Part shown: in pieces, positions 51,401-62,815 of the stretch | Layout of the letters: the number at the start of each line of letters is the position of its first letter | Position numbering within the stretch: the stretch's first letter is position 1 | Origin: Eledone cirrhosa | Lineage: Eukaryota | Assembly (NCBI GenBank): GCA_964016885.1 | Contig: OZ024743.1 | Location: forward strand, 5,828,001-5,892,000 | Direction: 5' to 3' | Length of the DNA stretch: 64,000 bases | Translations under genes and position numbers: made by a program | Notes under the pieces: model-generated | The model's database searches: none | Told to the model about the DNA's origin: nothing | Seen by the model: only the letters and a program-made list of their open reading frames with translations

Positions 51401-54400
51401 AGACCCCAGTAGTCTGTTAGTCATTGTCACCTTAGCCAAGCAGTTAAAACACACCTCTAGCCCCCAGTAGTCTGTTAGTGAGTGTTTTCTCAGCTGAGCA
51501 GTCAAAACACACCTCTAGCCCCCAGTAGTCTGTTAGTCAGTGTTTTCTCAGCTGAGCAGTCAAAACACACCTCTAGCCCCCAGTAGTCTGTTAGTCAGTG
51601 TTGTCTTAGCCAAGCAGTTAAAACACATCTCTAGCCCAGTAGTCTGTTAGTCAGTGTAACCTTAGCCAAGCAGTTAAAACACACCTTTAGCCCCCAGTAG
51701 TCTGTTAGTCAGTGTTGTCTTAGCTGAGCAGTTAAAACACACCTCTAGCCCCGAGTAGTCTGTTAGTCAGTGTTGTCTTAGCTGAGCAGTTAAAACACAC
51801 CTGTAGCCCCCAGTAGTCTGTTAGTCAGTGTCACCTTAGCCAAGCAGTTAAAACACACCTCTAGCCCCCAGTAGTCTGTTAGTCAGTGTTGTCTTAGCTG
51901 AGCAGTTAAAACACACCTCTAGCCCCCAGTAGTCTGTTAGTCAGTGTTTTCTCAGCTGAGCAGTCAAAACACACCTCTAGCTCCCAGTAGTCTGTTAGTC
52001 AGTGTTGTCTTAGCTGAGCAGTCAAAACACACCTCTAGCCCCCAGTAGTCTGTTAGTCAGTGTTTTCTTAGCCAAGCAGTTAAAACACACCTCTAGCTCC
52101 CAGTAGTCTGTTAGTCAGTGTCACCTTAGCCTAGCAGTTAAAACACACCTCTAGACCCCAGTAGTCTGTTAGTCAGTGTCACCTTAGCTGAGCAGTTAAA
52201 ACACACCTCTAGACCCCAGTAGTCTGTTAGTCAGTGTTGTCTTAGCTGAGCAGTCAAAACACACCTCTAGACCCGAGTAGTCTGTTAGTCAGTGTCACCT
52301 TAGCCAAGCAGTTAAAACACACCTCTAGCCCCCAGTAGTCTGTTAGTCAGTGTTGTCTTAGCTGAGCAGTTAAAACACACCTCTAGCCCCCAGTAGTCTG
52401 TTAGTCAGTGTTGTCTTAGCTGAGCAGTCACAACACACCTCTAGCCCCCAGTAGTCTGTTAGTCAGTATCACCTTAGCTGAGCAGTTAAAACACACCTCT
52501 AGACCCCAGTAGTCTGTTAGTCAGTGTTGTCTTAGCTGAGCAGTTGAAACACACCTCAAGACCCCAGTAGTCTGTTAGTCAGTGTTGTCTTAGCTGAGCA
52601 GTTAAAACACACCTCTAGCCCCCAGTAGTCTGTTAGTCAGTGTTGTCTTAGCTGAGCAGTCACAACACACCTCTAGCCCCCAGTAGTCTGTTAGTCAGTA
52701 TCACCTTAGCTGAGCAGTTAAAACACACCTCTAGACCCCAGTAGTCTGTTAGTCAGTGTTGTCTTAGCTGAGCAGTTAAAACACACCTCTAGACCCCAGT
52801 GGTCTGTTAGTCAGCGTTGTCTTAGCCTAGCAGTCACAACACACCTCTAGCCCCCAGTAGTCTGTTAGTCAGTATCACCTTAGCTGAGCAGTTAAAACAC
52901 ACCTCTAGACCCCAGTAGTCTGTTAGTCATTGTCACCTTAGCCAAGCAGTTAAAACACACCTCTAGCCCACAGTAGTCTGTTAGTGAGTGTTTTCTCAGC
53001 TGAGCAGTCAAAACACACCTCTAGCCCCCAGTAGTCTGTTAGTCAGTGTTTTCTCAGCTGAGCAGTCAAAACACACCTCTAGCCCCCAGTAGTCTGTTAG
53101 TCAGTGTTGTCTTAGCCAAGCAGTTAAAACACATCTCTAGCCCAGTAGTCTGTTAGTCAGTGTAACCTTAGCCAAGCAGTTAAAACACACCTTTAGCCCC
53201 CAGTAGTCTGTTAGTCAGTGTTGTCTTAGCTGAGCAGTTAAAACACACCTCTAGCCCCGAGTAGTCTGTTAGTCAGTGTTGTCTTAGCTGAGCAGTTAAA
53301 ACACACCTGTAGCCCCCAGTAGTCTGTTAGTCAGTGTCACCTTAGCCAAGCAGTTAAAACACACCTCTAGCCCCCAGTAGTCTGTTAGTCAGTGTTGTCT
53401 TAGCTGAGCAGTTAAAACACACCTCTAGCCCCCAGTAGTCTGTTAGTCAGTGTTTTCTCAGCTGAGCAGTCAAAACACACCTCTAGCTCCCAGTAGTCTG
53501 TTAGTCAGTGTTGTCTTAGCTGAGCAGTCAAAACACACCTCTAGCCCCCAGTAGTCTGTTAGTCAGTGTTTTCTTAGCCAAGCAGTTAAAACACACCTCT
53601 AGCTCCCAGTAGTCTGTTAGTCAGTGTCACCTTAGCCTAGCAGTTAAAACACACCTCTAGACCCCAGTAGTCTGTTAGTCAGTGTCACCTTAGCTGAGCA
53701 GTTAAAACACACCTCTAGACCCCAGTAGTCTGTTAGTCAGTGTTGTCTTAGCTGAGCAGTCAAAACACACCTCTAGACCCGAGTAGTCTGTTAGTCAGTG
53801 TCACCTTAGCCAAGCAGTTAAAACACACCTCTAGCCCCCAGTAGTCTGTTAGTCAGTGTTGTCTTAGCTGAGCAGTTAAAACACACCTCTAGCCCCCAGT
53901 AGTCTGTTAGTCAGTGTTGTCTTAGCTGAGCAGTCACAACACACCTCTAGCCCCCAGTAGTCTGTTAGTCAGTATCACCTTAGCTGAGCAGTTAAAACAC
54001 ACCTCTAGACCCCAGTAGTCTGTTAGTCAGTGTTGTCTTAGCTGAGCAGTTGAAACACACCTCAAGACCCCAGTAGTCTGTTAGTCAGTGTTGTCTTAGC
54101 TGAGCAGTTAAAACACACCTCTAGCCCCCAGTAGTCTGTTAGTCAGTGTTGTCTTAGCTGAGCAGTCACAACACACCTCTAGCCCCCAGTAGTCTGTTAG
54201 TCAGTATCACCTTAGCTGAGCAGTTAAAACACACCTCTAGACCCCAGTAGTCTGTTAGTCAGTGTTGTCTTAGCTGAGCAGTTAAAACACACCTCTAGAC
54301 CCCAGTAGTCTGTTAGTCAGTGTTGTCTTAGCTGAGCAGTTAAAACACACCTCTAGCCCCCAGTAGTCTGATAGTCAGCGTTGTCTTAGCCAAGCAGTCA

Positions 54401-57400
54401 CAACACACCTCTAGCCCCCAGTAGTCTGTTAGTCAGTATCACCTTAGCTGAGCAGTTAAAACACACCTCTAGACCCCAGTAGTCTGTTAGTCAGTGTTGT
54501 CTTAGCTGAGCAGTTAAAACACACCTCTAGACCACAGTAGTCTGTTAGTCATTGTCACCTTAGCCAAGCAGTTAAAACACACCTCTAGCCCCCAGTAGTC
54601 TGTTAGTCAGTGTTTTCTCAGCTGAGCAGTCAAAACACACCTCTAGCCCCCAGTAGTCTGTTAGTCAGTGTTTTCTCAGCTGAGCAGTCAAAACACACCT
54701 CTAGCCCCCAGTAGTCTGTTAGTCAGTGTTGTCTTAGCCAAGCAGTTAAAACACATCTCTAGCCCCAGTAGTCTGTTAGTCAGTGTCACCTTAGCCAAGC
54801 AGTTAAAACACACCTCTAGCCCCCAGTAGTCTGTTAGTCAGTGTTGTCTTAGCCAAGCAGTCAAAACACACCTCTAGACCCCAGTAGTCTGTTAGTCAGT
54901 GTTGTCTTAGCCAAGCAGTTAAAACACACCTCTAGACCCCAGTAGTCTGTTAGTCAGTGTTGTCTTAGCCAAGCAGTCAAAACACACCTCTAGACCCCAG
55001 TAGTCTGTTAGTCAGTGTTGTCTTAGCCAAGCAGTCAAAACACACCTCTAGACCCTAGTAGTCTGTTAGTCAGTGTTGTCTTAGCCAAGCAGTTAAAACA
55101 CACCTCTAGACCCCAGTAGTCTGTTAGTCAGTGTTGTCTTAGCCAAGCAGTCAAAACACACCTCTAGACCCCAGTAGTCTGTTAGTCAGTGTTGTCTTAG
55201 CCAAGCAGTCAAAACACACCTCTAGACCCCAGTAGTCTGTTAGTCAGTGTCACCTTAGCCAAGCAGTTAAAACGCACCTCTAGCCCCCAGTAGTCTGTTA
55301 GTCAGTGTTGTCTTAGCCAAGCAGTTAAAACACATCTCTAGCCCCTAGTAGTCTGTTAGTCAGTGTTGTCTTAGCCAAGCAGTCAAAACACACTTCTAGA
55401 CCCCAGTAGTCTGTTAATCAGTGTTGTCTTAGCCAAGCAGTCACAACACACCTCTAGACCCCAGTAGTCTGTTAGTCAGTGTCACCTTAGCTGAGCAGTT
55501 GAAACACACCTCTAGCTCCCAGTAGTCTGTTAGTCAGTATCACCTTAGCCAAGCAGTTAAAACACATCTCTAGACCCCAGTAGTCTGTTAGTCAGTGTTG
55601 TCTTAGCCAAGCAGTTAAAACACACCTCTAGACCCCAGTAGTCTGTTAGTCAGTGTTGTCTTAGCCAAGCGGTTAAAACACACCTCTAGACCTCAGTAGT
55701 CTGTTAGTCAGTGTTGTCTTAGCTGAGCAGTCACAACACACCTCTAGACCCCAGTAGTCTGTTAGTCAGTATCACCTTAGCTGAGCAGTTAAAACACACC
55801 TCTAGCCCCCAGTAGTCTGTTAGTCAGTGTTGTCTTAGCCAAGCGGTGAAAACACACCTCTAGACCCCAGTAGTCTGTTAGTCAGTGTTTTCTTAGCCAA
55901 GCAGTTAAAACACACCTCTAGCTCCCAGTAGTCTGTTTGTCTGTGTTGTCTTAGCTGAGCAGTTAAAACACACCTCTAGACCCCAGTAGTCTGTTAGTCA
56001 GTGTTGTCTTAGCCAAGCAGTTAAAACACACCTCTAGACCCCAGTAGTCTGTTAGTCAGTGTTTTCTTAGCCAAGCAGTTAAAACACACCTCTAGACCCC
56101 AGTGGTCTGTTAGTCAGCGTTGTCTTAGCCTAGCAGTCACAACACACCTCTAGCCCCCAGTAGTCTGTTAGTCAGTATCACCTTAGCTGAGCAGTTAAAA
56201 CACACCTCTAGACCCCAGTAGTCTGTTAGTCATTGTCACCTTAGCCAAGCAGTTAAAACACACCTCTAGCCCCCAGTAGTCTGTTAGTGAGTGTTTTCTC
56301 AGCTGAGCAGTCAAAACACACCTCTAGCCCCCAGTAGTCTGTTAGTCAGTGTTTTCTCAGCTGAGCAGTCAAAACACACCTCTAGCCCCCAGTAGTCTGT
56401 TAGTCAGTGTTGTCTTAGCCAAGCAGTTAAAACACATCTCTAGCCCAGTAGTCTGTTAGTCAGTGTAACCTTAGCCAAGCAGTTAAAACACACCTTTAGC
56501 CCCCAGTAGTCTGTTAGTCAGTGTTGTCTTAGCTGAGCAGTTAAAACACACCTCTAGCCCCGAGTAGTCTGTTAGTCAGTGTTGTCTTAGCTGAGCAGTT
56601 AAAACACACCTGTAGCCCCCAGTAGTCTGTTAGTCAGTGTCACCTTAGCCAAGCAGTTAAAACACACCTCTAGCCCCCAGTAGTCTGTTAGTCAGTGTTG
56701 TCTTAGCTGAGCAGTTAAAACACACCTCTAGCCCCCAGTAGTCTGTTAGTCAGTGTTTTCTCAGCTGAGCAGTCAAAACACACCTCTAGCTCCCAGTAGT
56801 CTGTTAGTCAGTGTTGTCTTAGCTGAGCAGTCAAAACACACCTCTAGCCCCCAGTAGTCTGTTAGTCAGTGTTTTCTTAGCCAAGCAGTTAAAACACACC
56901 TCTAGCTCCCAGTAGTCTGTTAGTCAGTGTCACCTTAGCCTAGCAGTTAAAACACACCTCTAGACCCCAGTAGTCTGTTAGTCAGTGTCACCTTAGCTGA
57001 GCAGTTAAAACACACCTCTAGACCCCAGTAGTCTGTTAGTCAGTGTTGTCTTAGCTGAGCAGTCAAAACACACCTCTAGACCCGAGTAGTCTGTTAGTCA
57101 GTGTCACCTTAGCCAAGCAGTTAAAACACACCTCTAGCCCCCAGTAGTCTGTTAGTCAGTGTTGTCTTAGCTGAGCAGTTAAAACACACCTCTAGCCCCC
57201 AGTAGTCTGTTAGTCAGTGTTGTCTTAGCTGAGCAGTCACAACACACCTCTAGCCCCCAGTAGTCTGTTAGTCAGTATCACCTTAGCTGAGCAGTTAAAA
57301 CACACCTCTAGACCCCAGTAGTCTGTTAGTCAGTGTTGTCTTAGCTGAGCAGTTGAAACACACCTCAAGACCCCAGTAGTCTGTTAGTCAGTGTTGTCTT

Positions 57401-57609
57401 AGCTGAGCAGTTAAAACACACCTCTAGCCCCCAGTAGTCTGTTAGTCAGTGTTGTCTTAGCTGAGCAGTCACAACACACCTCTAGCCCCCAGTAGTCTGT
57501 TAGTCAGTATCACCTTAGCTGAGCAGTTAAAACACACCTCTAGACCCCAGTAGTCTGTTAGTCAGTGTTGTCTTAGCTGAGCAGTTAAAACACACCTCTA
57601 GACCCCAGT
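47962..57609. repeat. Tandem duplication of a 4809-bp block (83 monomers) containing an internal 3303-bp periodicity
   Basis: GCCCACAG (48161/52970), CTGATAG (49562/54371), AAACGCACC (50465/55274) and TAGCCCAG (48331/53140 and 51634/56443) are all offset by 4809. The pairs 48331/51634 and 53140/56443 are offset by 3303. Confidence 0.92.
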
Positions 57610-60600
57610 AGTCTGTTAGTCAGTGTTGTCTTAGCTGAGCAGTTAAAACACACCTCTAGCCCCCAGTAGTCTGTTAGTCAGCGTTGTCTTAGCCAAGCAG
57701 TCACAACACACCTCTAGCCCCCAGTAGTCTGTTAGTCAGTATCACCTTAGCTGAGCAGTTAAAACACACCTCTAGACCCCAGTAGTCTGTTAGTCAGTGT
57801 TGTCTTAGCTGAGCAGTTAAAACACACCTCTAGACCACAGTAGTCTGTTAGTCATTGTCACCTTAGCCAAGCAGTTAAAACACACCTCTAGCCCCCAGTA
57901 GTCTGTTAGTCAGTGTTTTCTCAGCTGAGCAGTCAAAACACACCTCTAGCCCCCAGTAGTCTGTTAGTCAGTGTTTTCTCAGCTGAGCAGTCAAAACACA
58001 CCTCTAGCCCCCAGTAGTCTGTTAGTCAGTGTTGTCTTAGCCAAGCAGTTAAAACACATCTCTAGCCCCAGTAGTCTGTTAGTCAGTGTCACCTTAGCCA
58101 AGCAGTTAAAACACACCTCTAGCCCCCAGTAGTCTGTTAGTCAGTGTTGTCTTAGCCAAGCAGTTAAAACACACCTCTAGCCCCGAGTAGTCTGTTAGTC
58201 AGTGTTGTCTTAGCTGAGCAGTTAAAACACACCTCTAGCCCCCAGTAGTCTGTTAGTCAGTGTCACCTTAGCTGAGCAGTTAAAACACACCTCTAGCTCC
58301 CAGTAGTCTGTTAGTCAGTGTTGTCTTAGCTGAGCAGTCAAAACACACCTCTAGCCCCCAGTAGTCTGTTAGTCAGTGTTTTCTTAGCCAAGCAGTTAAA
58401 ACACACCTCTAGCTCCCAGTAGTCTGTTAGTCAGTGTCACCTTAGCCAAGCAGTTAAAACACACCTCTAGACCCCAGTAGTCTGTTAGTCAGTGTTGTCT
58501 TAGCCAAGCAGTCAAAACACACATCTAGCCCCCAGTAGTCTGTTAGTCAGTGTTGTCTTAGCCAAGCAGTTAAAACACACCTCTAGCCCCCAGTAGTCTG
58601 TTAGTCAGTGTCACCTTAGCCAAGCAGTTAAAACACATCTCTAGCTCCCAGTAGTCTGTTAGTCAGTGTTGTCTTAGCCAAGCAGTCAAAACACACCTCT
58701 AGCCCCCAGTAGTCTGTTAGTCAGTGTTGTCTTAGCCAAGCAGTTAAAACACACCTCTAGACCCCAGTAGTCTGTTAGTCAGTGTTGTCTTAGCCAAGCA
58801 GTCAAAACACACCTCTAGACCCCAGTAGTCTGTTAGTCAGTGTTGTCTTAGCCAAGCAGTCAAAACACACCTCTAGACCCCAGTAGTCTGTTAGTCAGTG
58901 TTGTCTTAGCCAAGCAGTTAAAACACACCTCTAGACCCCAGTAGTCTGTTAGTCAGTGTTGTCTTAGCCAAGCAGTCAAAACACACCTCTAGACCCCAGT
59001 AGTCTGTTAGTCAGTGTTGTCTTAGCCAAGCAGTCAAAACACACCTCTAGACCCCAGTAGTCTGTTAGTCAGTGTTGTCTTAGCCAAGCAGTTAAAACAC
59101 ACCTCTAGACCCCAGTAGTCTGTTAGTCAGTGTTGTCCTAGCCAAGCAGTCAAAACACACCTCTAGACCCCAGTAGTCTGTTAGTCAGTGTTGTCTTAGC
59201 CAAGCAGTCAAAACACACCTCTAGACCCCAGTAGTCTGTTAGTCAGTGTCACCTTAGCCAAGCAGTTAAAACACACCTCTAGCCCCCAGTAGTCTGTTAG
59301 TCAGTGTTGTCTTAGCCAAGCAGTTAAAACACATCTCTAGCCCCTAGTAGTCTGTTAGTCAGTGTTGTCTTAGCCAGGCAGTCAAAACACACTTCTAGAC
59401 CCCAGTAGTCTGTTAATCAGTGTTGTCTTAGCCAAGCAGTCACAACACACCTCTAGACCCCAGTAGTCTGTTAGTCAGTGTCACCTTAGCTGAGCAGTTA
59501 AAACACACCTCTAGCTCCCAGTAGTCTGTTAGTCAGTGTCACCTTAGCTGAGCAGTTAAAACACACCTCTAGCTCCCAGTAGTCTGTTAGTCAGTATCAC
59601 CTTAGCCAAGCAGTTGAAACACATCTCTAGACCCCAGTAGTCTGTTAGTCAGTGTTGTCTTAGCCAAGCAGTTAAAACACACCTCTAGACCCCAGTAGTC
59701 TGTTAGTCAGTGTTGTCTTAGCCAAGCGGTTAAAACACACCTCTAGACCCCAGTAGTCTGTTAGTCAGTGTTGTCTTAGCTGAGCAGTTAAAACACACCT
59801 CTAGCCCCCAGTAGTCTGTTAGTCAGTGTTGTCTTAGCCAAGCGGTTAAAACACACCTCTAGCTCCCAGTAGTCTGTTAGTCCGTGTTGTCTTAGCCAAG
59901 CGGTTAAAACACACCTCTAGACCCCAGTAGTCTGTTAGTCAGTGTTTTCTTAGCCAAGCAGTTAAAACACACCTCTAGCTCCCAGTAGTCTGTTTGTCAG
60001 TGTTGTCTTAGCTGAGCAGTTAAAACACACCTCTAGACCCCAGTAGTCTGTTAGTCAGTGTTTTCTTAGCCAAGCAGTTAAAACACACCTCTAGACCCCA
60101 GTAGTCAGTTAGTCAGCGTTGTCTTAGCCAAGCAGTCACAACACACCTCTAGCCCCCAGTAGTCTGTTAGTCAGTATCACCTTAGCTGAGCAGTTAAAAC
60201 ACACCTCTAGACCCCAGTAGTCTGTTAGTCATTCTCACCTTAGCCAAGCAGTTAAAACACACCTCTAGCCCCCAGTAGTCTGTTTGTCAGTGTTTTCTCA
60301 GCTGAGCAGTCAAAACACACCTCTAGCCCCCAGTAGTCTGTTAGTCAGTGTTGTCTTAGCCAAGCAGTTAAAACACATCTCTAGCCTCAGTAGTCTGTTA
60401 GTCAGTGTAACCTTAACCAAGCAGTTAAAACACACCTCTAGCCCCCAGTAGTCTGTTAGTCAGTGTTGTCTTAGCTGAGCAGTCAAAACACACCTCTAGC
60501 CCCCAGTAGTCTGTTAGTCAGTGTTGTCTTAGCTGAGCAGTTAAAACACACCTCTAGACCCCAGTAGTCTGTTAGTCAGTGTTGTCTTAGCTGAGCAGTT

Positions 60601-61545
60601 AAAACACACCTCTAGACCCCAGTAGTCTGTTAGTCAGTGTTGTCTTAGCTGAGCAGTTAAAACACACCTCTAGCCCCCAGTAGTCTGTTAGTCAGTGTGG
60701 TCTTAGCTGAGCAGTCACAACACACCTCTAGCCCCCAGTAGTCTGTTAGTCAGTATCACCTTAGCTGAGCAGTTAAAACACACCTCTAGACCCCAGTAGT
60801 CTGTTAGTCAGTGTTGTCTTAGCTGAGCTGTTAAAACACACCTCTAGACCCCAGTAGTCTGTTAGTCAGTGTTGTCTTAGCTGAGCAGTTAAAACACACC
60901 TCTAGCCCCCAGTAGTCTGTTAGTCAGTGTTGTCTTAGCTGAGCAGTCACAACACACCTCTAGCCCCCAGTAGTCTGTTAGTCAGTATCACCTTAGCTGA
61001 GCAGTTAAAACACACCTCTAGACCCCAGTAGTCTGTTAGTCAGTGTTGTCTTAGCTGAGCAGTTAAAACACACCTCTAGACCCCAGTAGTCTGTTAGTCA
61101 GTGTTGTCTTAGCTGAGCAGTCACAACACACCTCTAGCCCCCAGTAGTCTGTTAGTCAGTGTCACCTTAGCCAAGCAGTTAAAACACACCTCTAGACCCC
61201 AGTAGTCTGTTAGTCAGTGTCACCTTAGCCAAGCAGTTAAAACACACCTCTAGACCCCAGTAGTCTGTTAGTCAGTGTCACCTTAGCCAAGCAGTTAAAA
61301 CACACCTCTAGACCCCAGTAGTCTGTTAGTCAGTGTCACCTTAGCTGAGCAGTTAAAACACACATCTAGCTCCCAGTAGTCTGTTAGTCAGTGACACCTT
61401 AGCCAAGCAGTTAAAACACACCTCTAGACCCCAGTAGTCTGTTAGTCAGTGTTGTCTTAGCCAAGCGGTTAAAACACACCTCTAGACCCCAGTAGTCTGT
61501 TAGTCAGTGTCACCTTAGCCAAGCAGTTAAAACACACCTCTAGCT

Positions 61546-62815
61546 CCCAGTAGTCTGTTAGTCAGTGTCACCTTAGCCAAGCAGTTAAAACACACCTCTA
61601 GCCCCGAGTAGTCTGTTAGTCAGTGTCACCTTAGCTGAGCAGTTAAAACACACCTCTAGCTCCCAGTAGTCTGTTAGCCAGTATCACCTTAGCTGAACAG
61701 TTAAAACACACCTCTAGCTACAGTAGTCTGTTAGTCAGTGTTGTCTTAGCCAAGCAGTTAAAACACACCTCTAGCTCCCAGTAGTCTGTTAGTCAGTATT
61801 GTCTTAGCCAAGCAGTTAAAACACACCTCTAGCTCCCAGTAGTCTGTTAGTCAGTGTTGTCTTAGCCAAGCAGTTAAAACACACCTCTAACTCCCAGTAG
61901 TCTGTTAGTCAGTGTTGTCTTAGCCAAGCAGTTAAAACACACCTCTAGCTACAGTAGTCTGTTAGTCAGTGTTGTCTTAGCCAAGCAGTTAAAACACACC
62001 TCTAGCTCCCAGTAGTCTGTTAGTCAGTGTTGTCTTAGCCAAGCAGTTAAAACACACCTCTAGACCCCAGTAGTCTGTTAGTCAGTGTCACCTTAGCTGA
62101 GCAGTTAAAACACACCTCTAGCTCCCAGTAGTCTGTTAGCCAGTATCACCTTAGCCAAGCAGTTAAAACACACCTCTAGACCCCAGTAGTCTGTTAGTCA
62201 GTGTCACCTTAGCCAAGCAGTTAAAACACACCTCTAGCCCCGAGTAGTCTGTTAGTCAGTGTCACCTTAGCTGAGCAGTTAAAACACACCTCTAGCTCCC
62301 AGTAGTCTGTTAGCCAGTATCACCTTAGCTGAACAGTTAAAACACACCTCTAGCTACAGTAGTCTGTTAGTCAGTGTTGTCTTAGCCAAGCAGTTAAAAC
62401 ACACCTCTAGCTCCCAGTAGTCTGTTAGTCAGTATTGTCTTAGCCAAGCAGTTAAAACACACCTCTAGCTCCCAGTAGTCTGTTAGTCAGTGTTGTCTTA
62501 GCCAAGCAGTTAAAACACACCTCTAACTCCCAGTAGTCTGTTAGTCAGTGTTGTCTTAGCCAAGCAGTTAAAACACACCTCTAGCTACAGTAGTCTGTTA
62601 GTCAGTGTTGTCTTAGCCAAGCAGTTAAAACACACCTCTAGCTCCCAGTAGTCTGTTAGTCAGTGTTGTCTTAGCCAAGCAGTTAAAACACACCTCTAGA
62701 CCCCAGTAGTCTGTTAGTCAGTGTCACCTTAGCTGAGCAGTTAAAACACACCTCTAGCTCCCAGTAGTCTGTTAGCCAGTATCACCTTAGCCAAGCAGTT
62801 AAAACACACCTCTAG
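61546..62815. repeat. Tandem duplication of a 636-bp block (11 monomers, two of them 57 bp)
   Basis: CCCCGAG (61606/62242) and CTCTAACT (61890/62526) are offset by 636 = 11 x 58 - 2. Confidence 0.92.
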
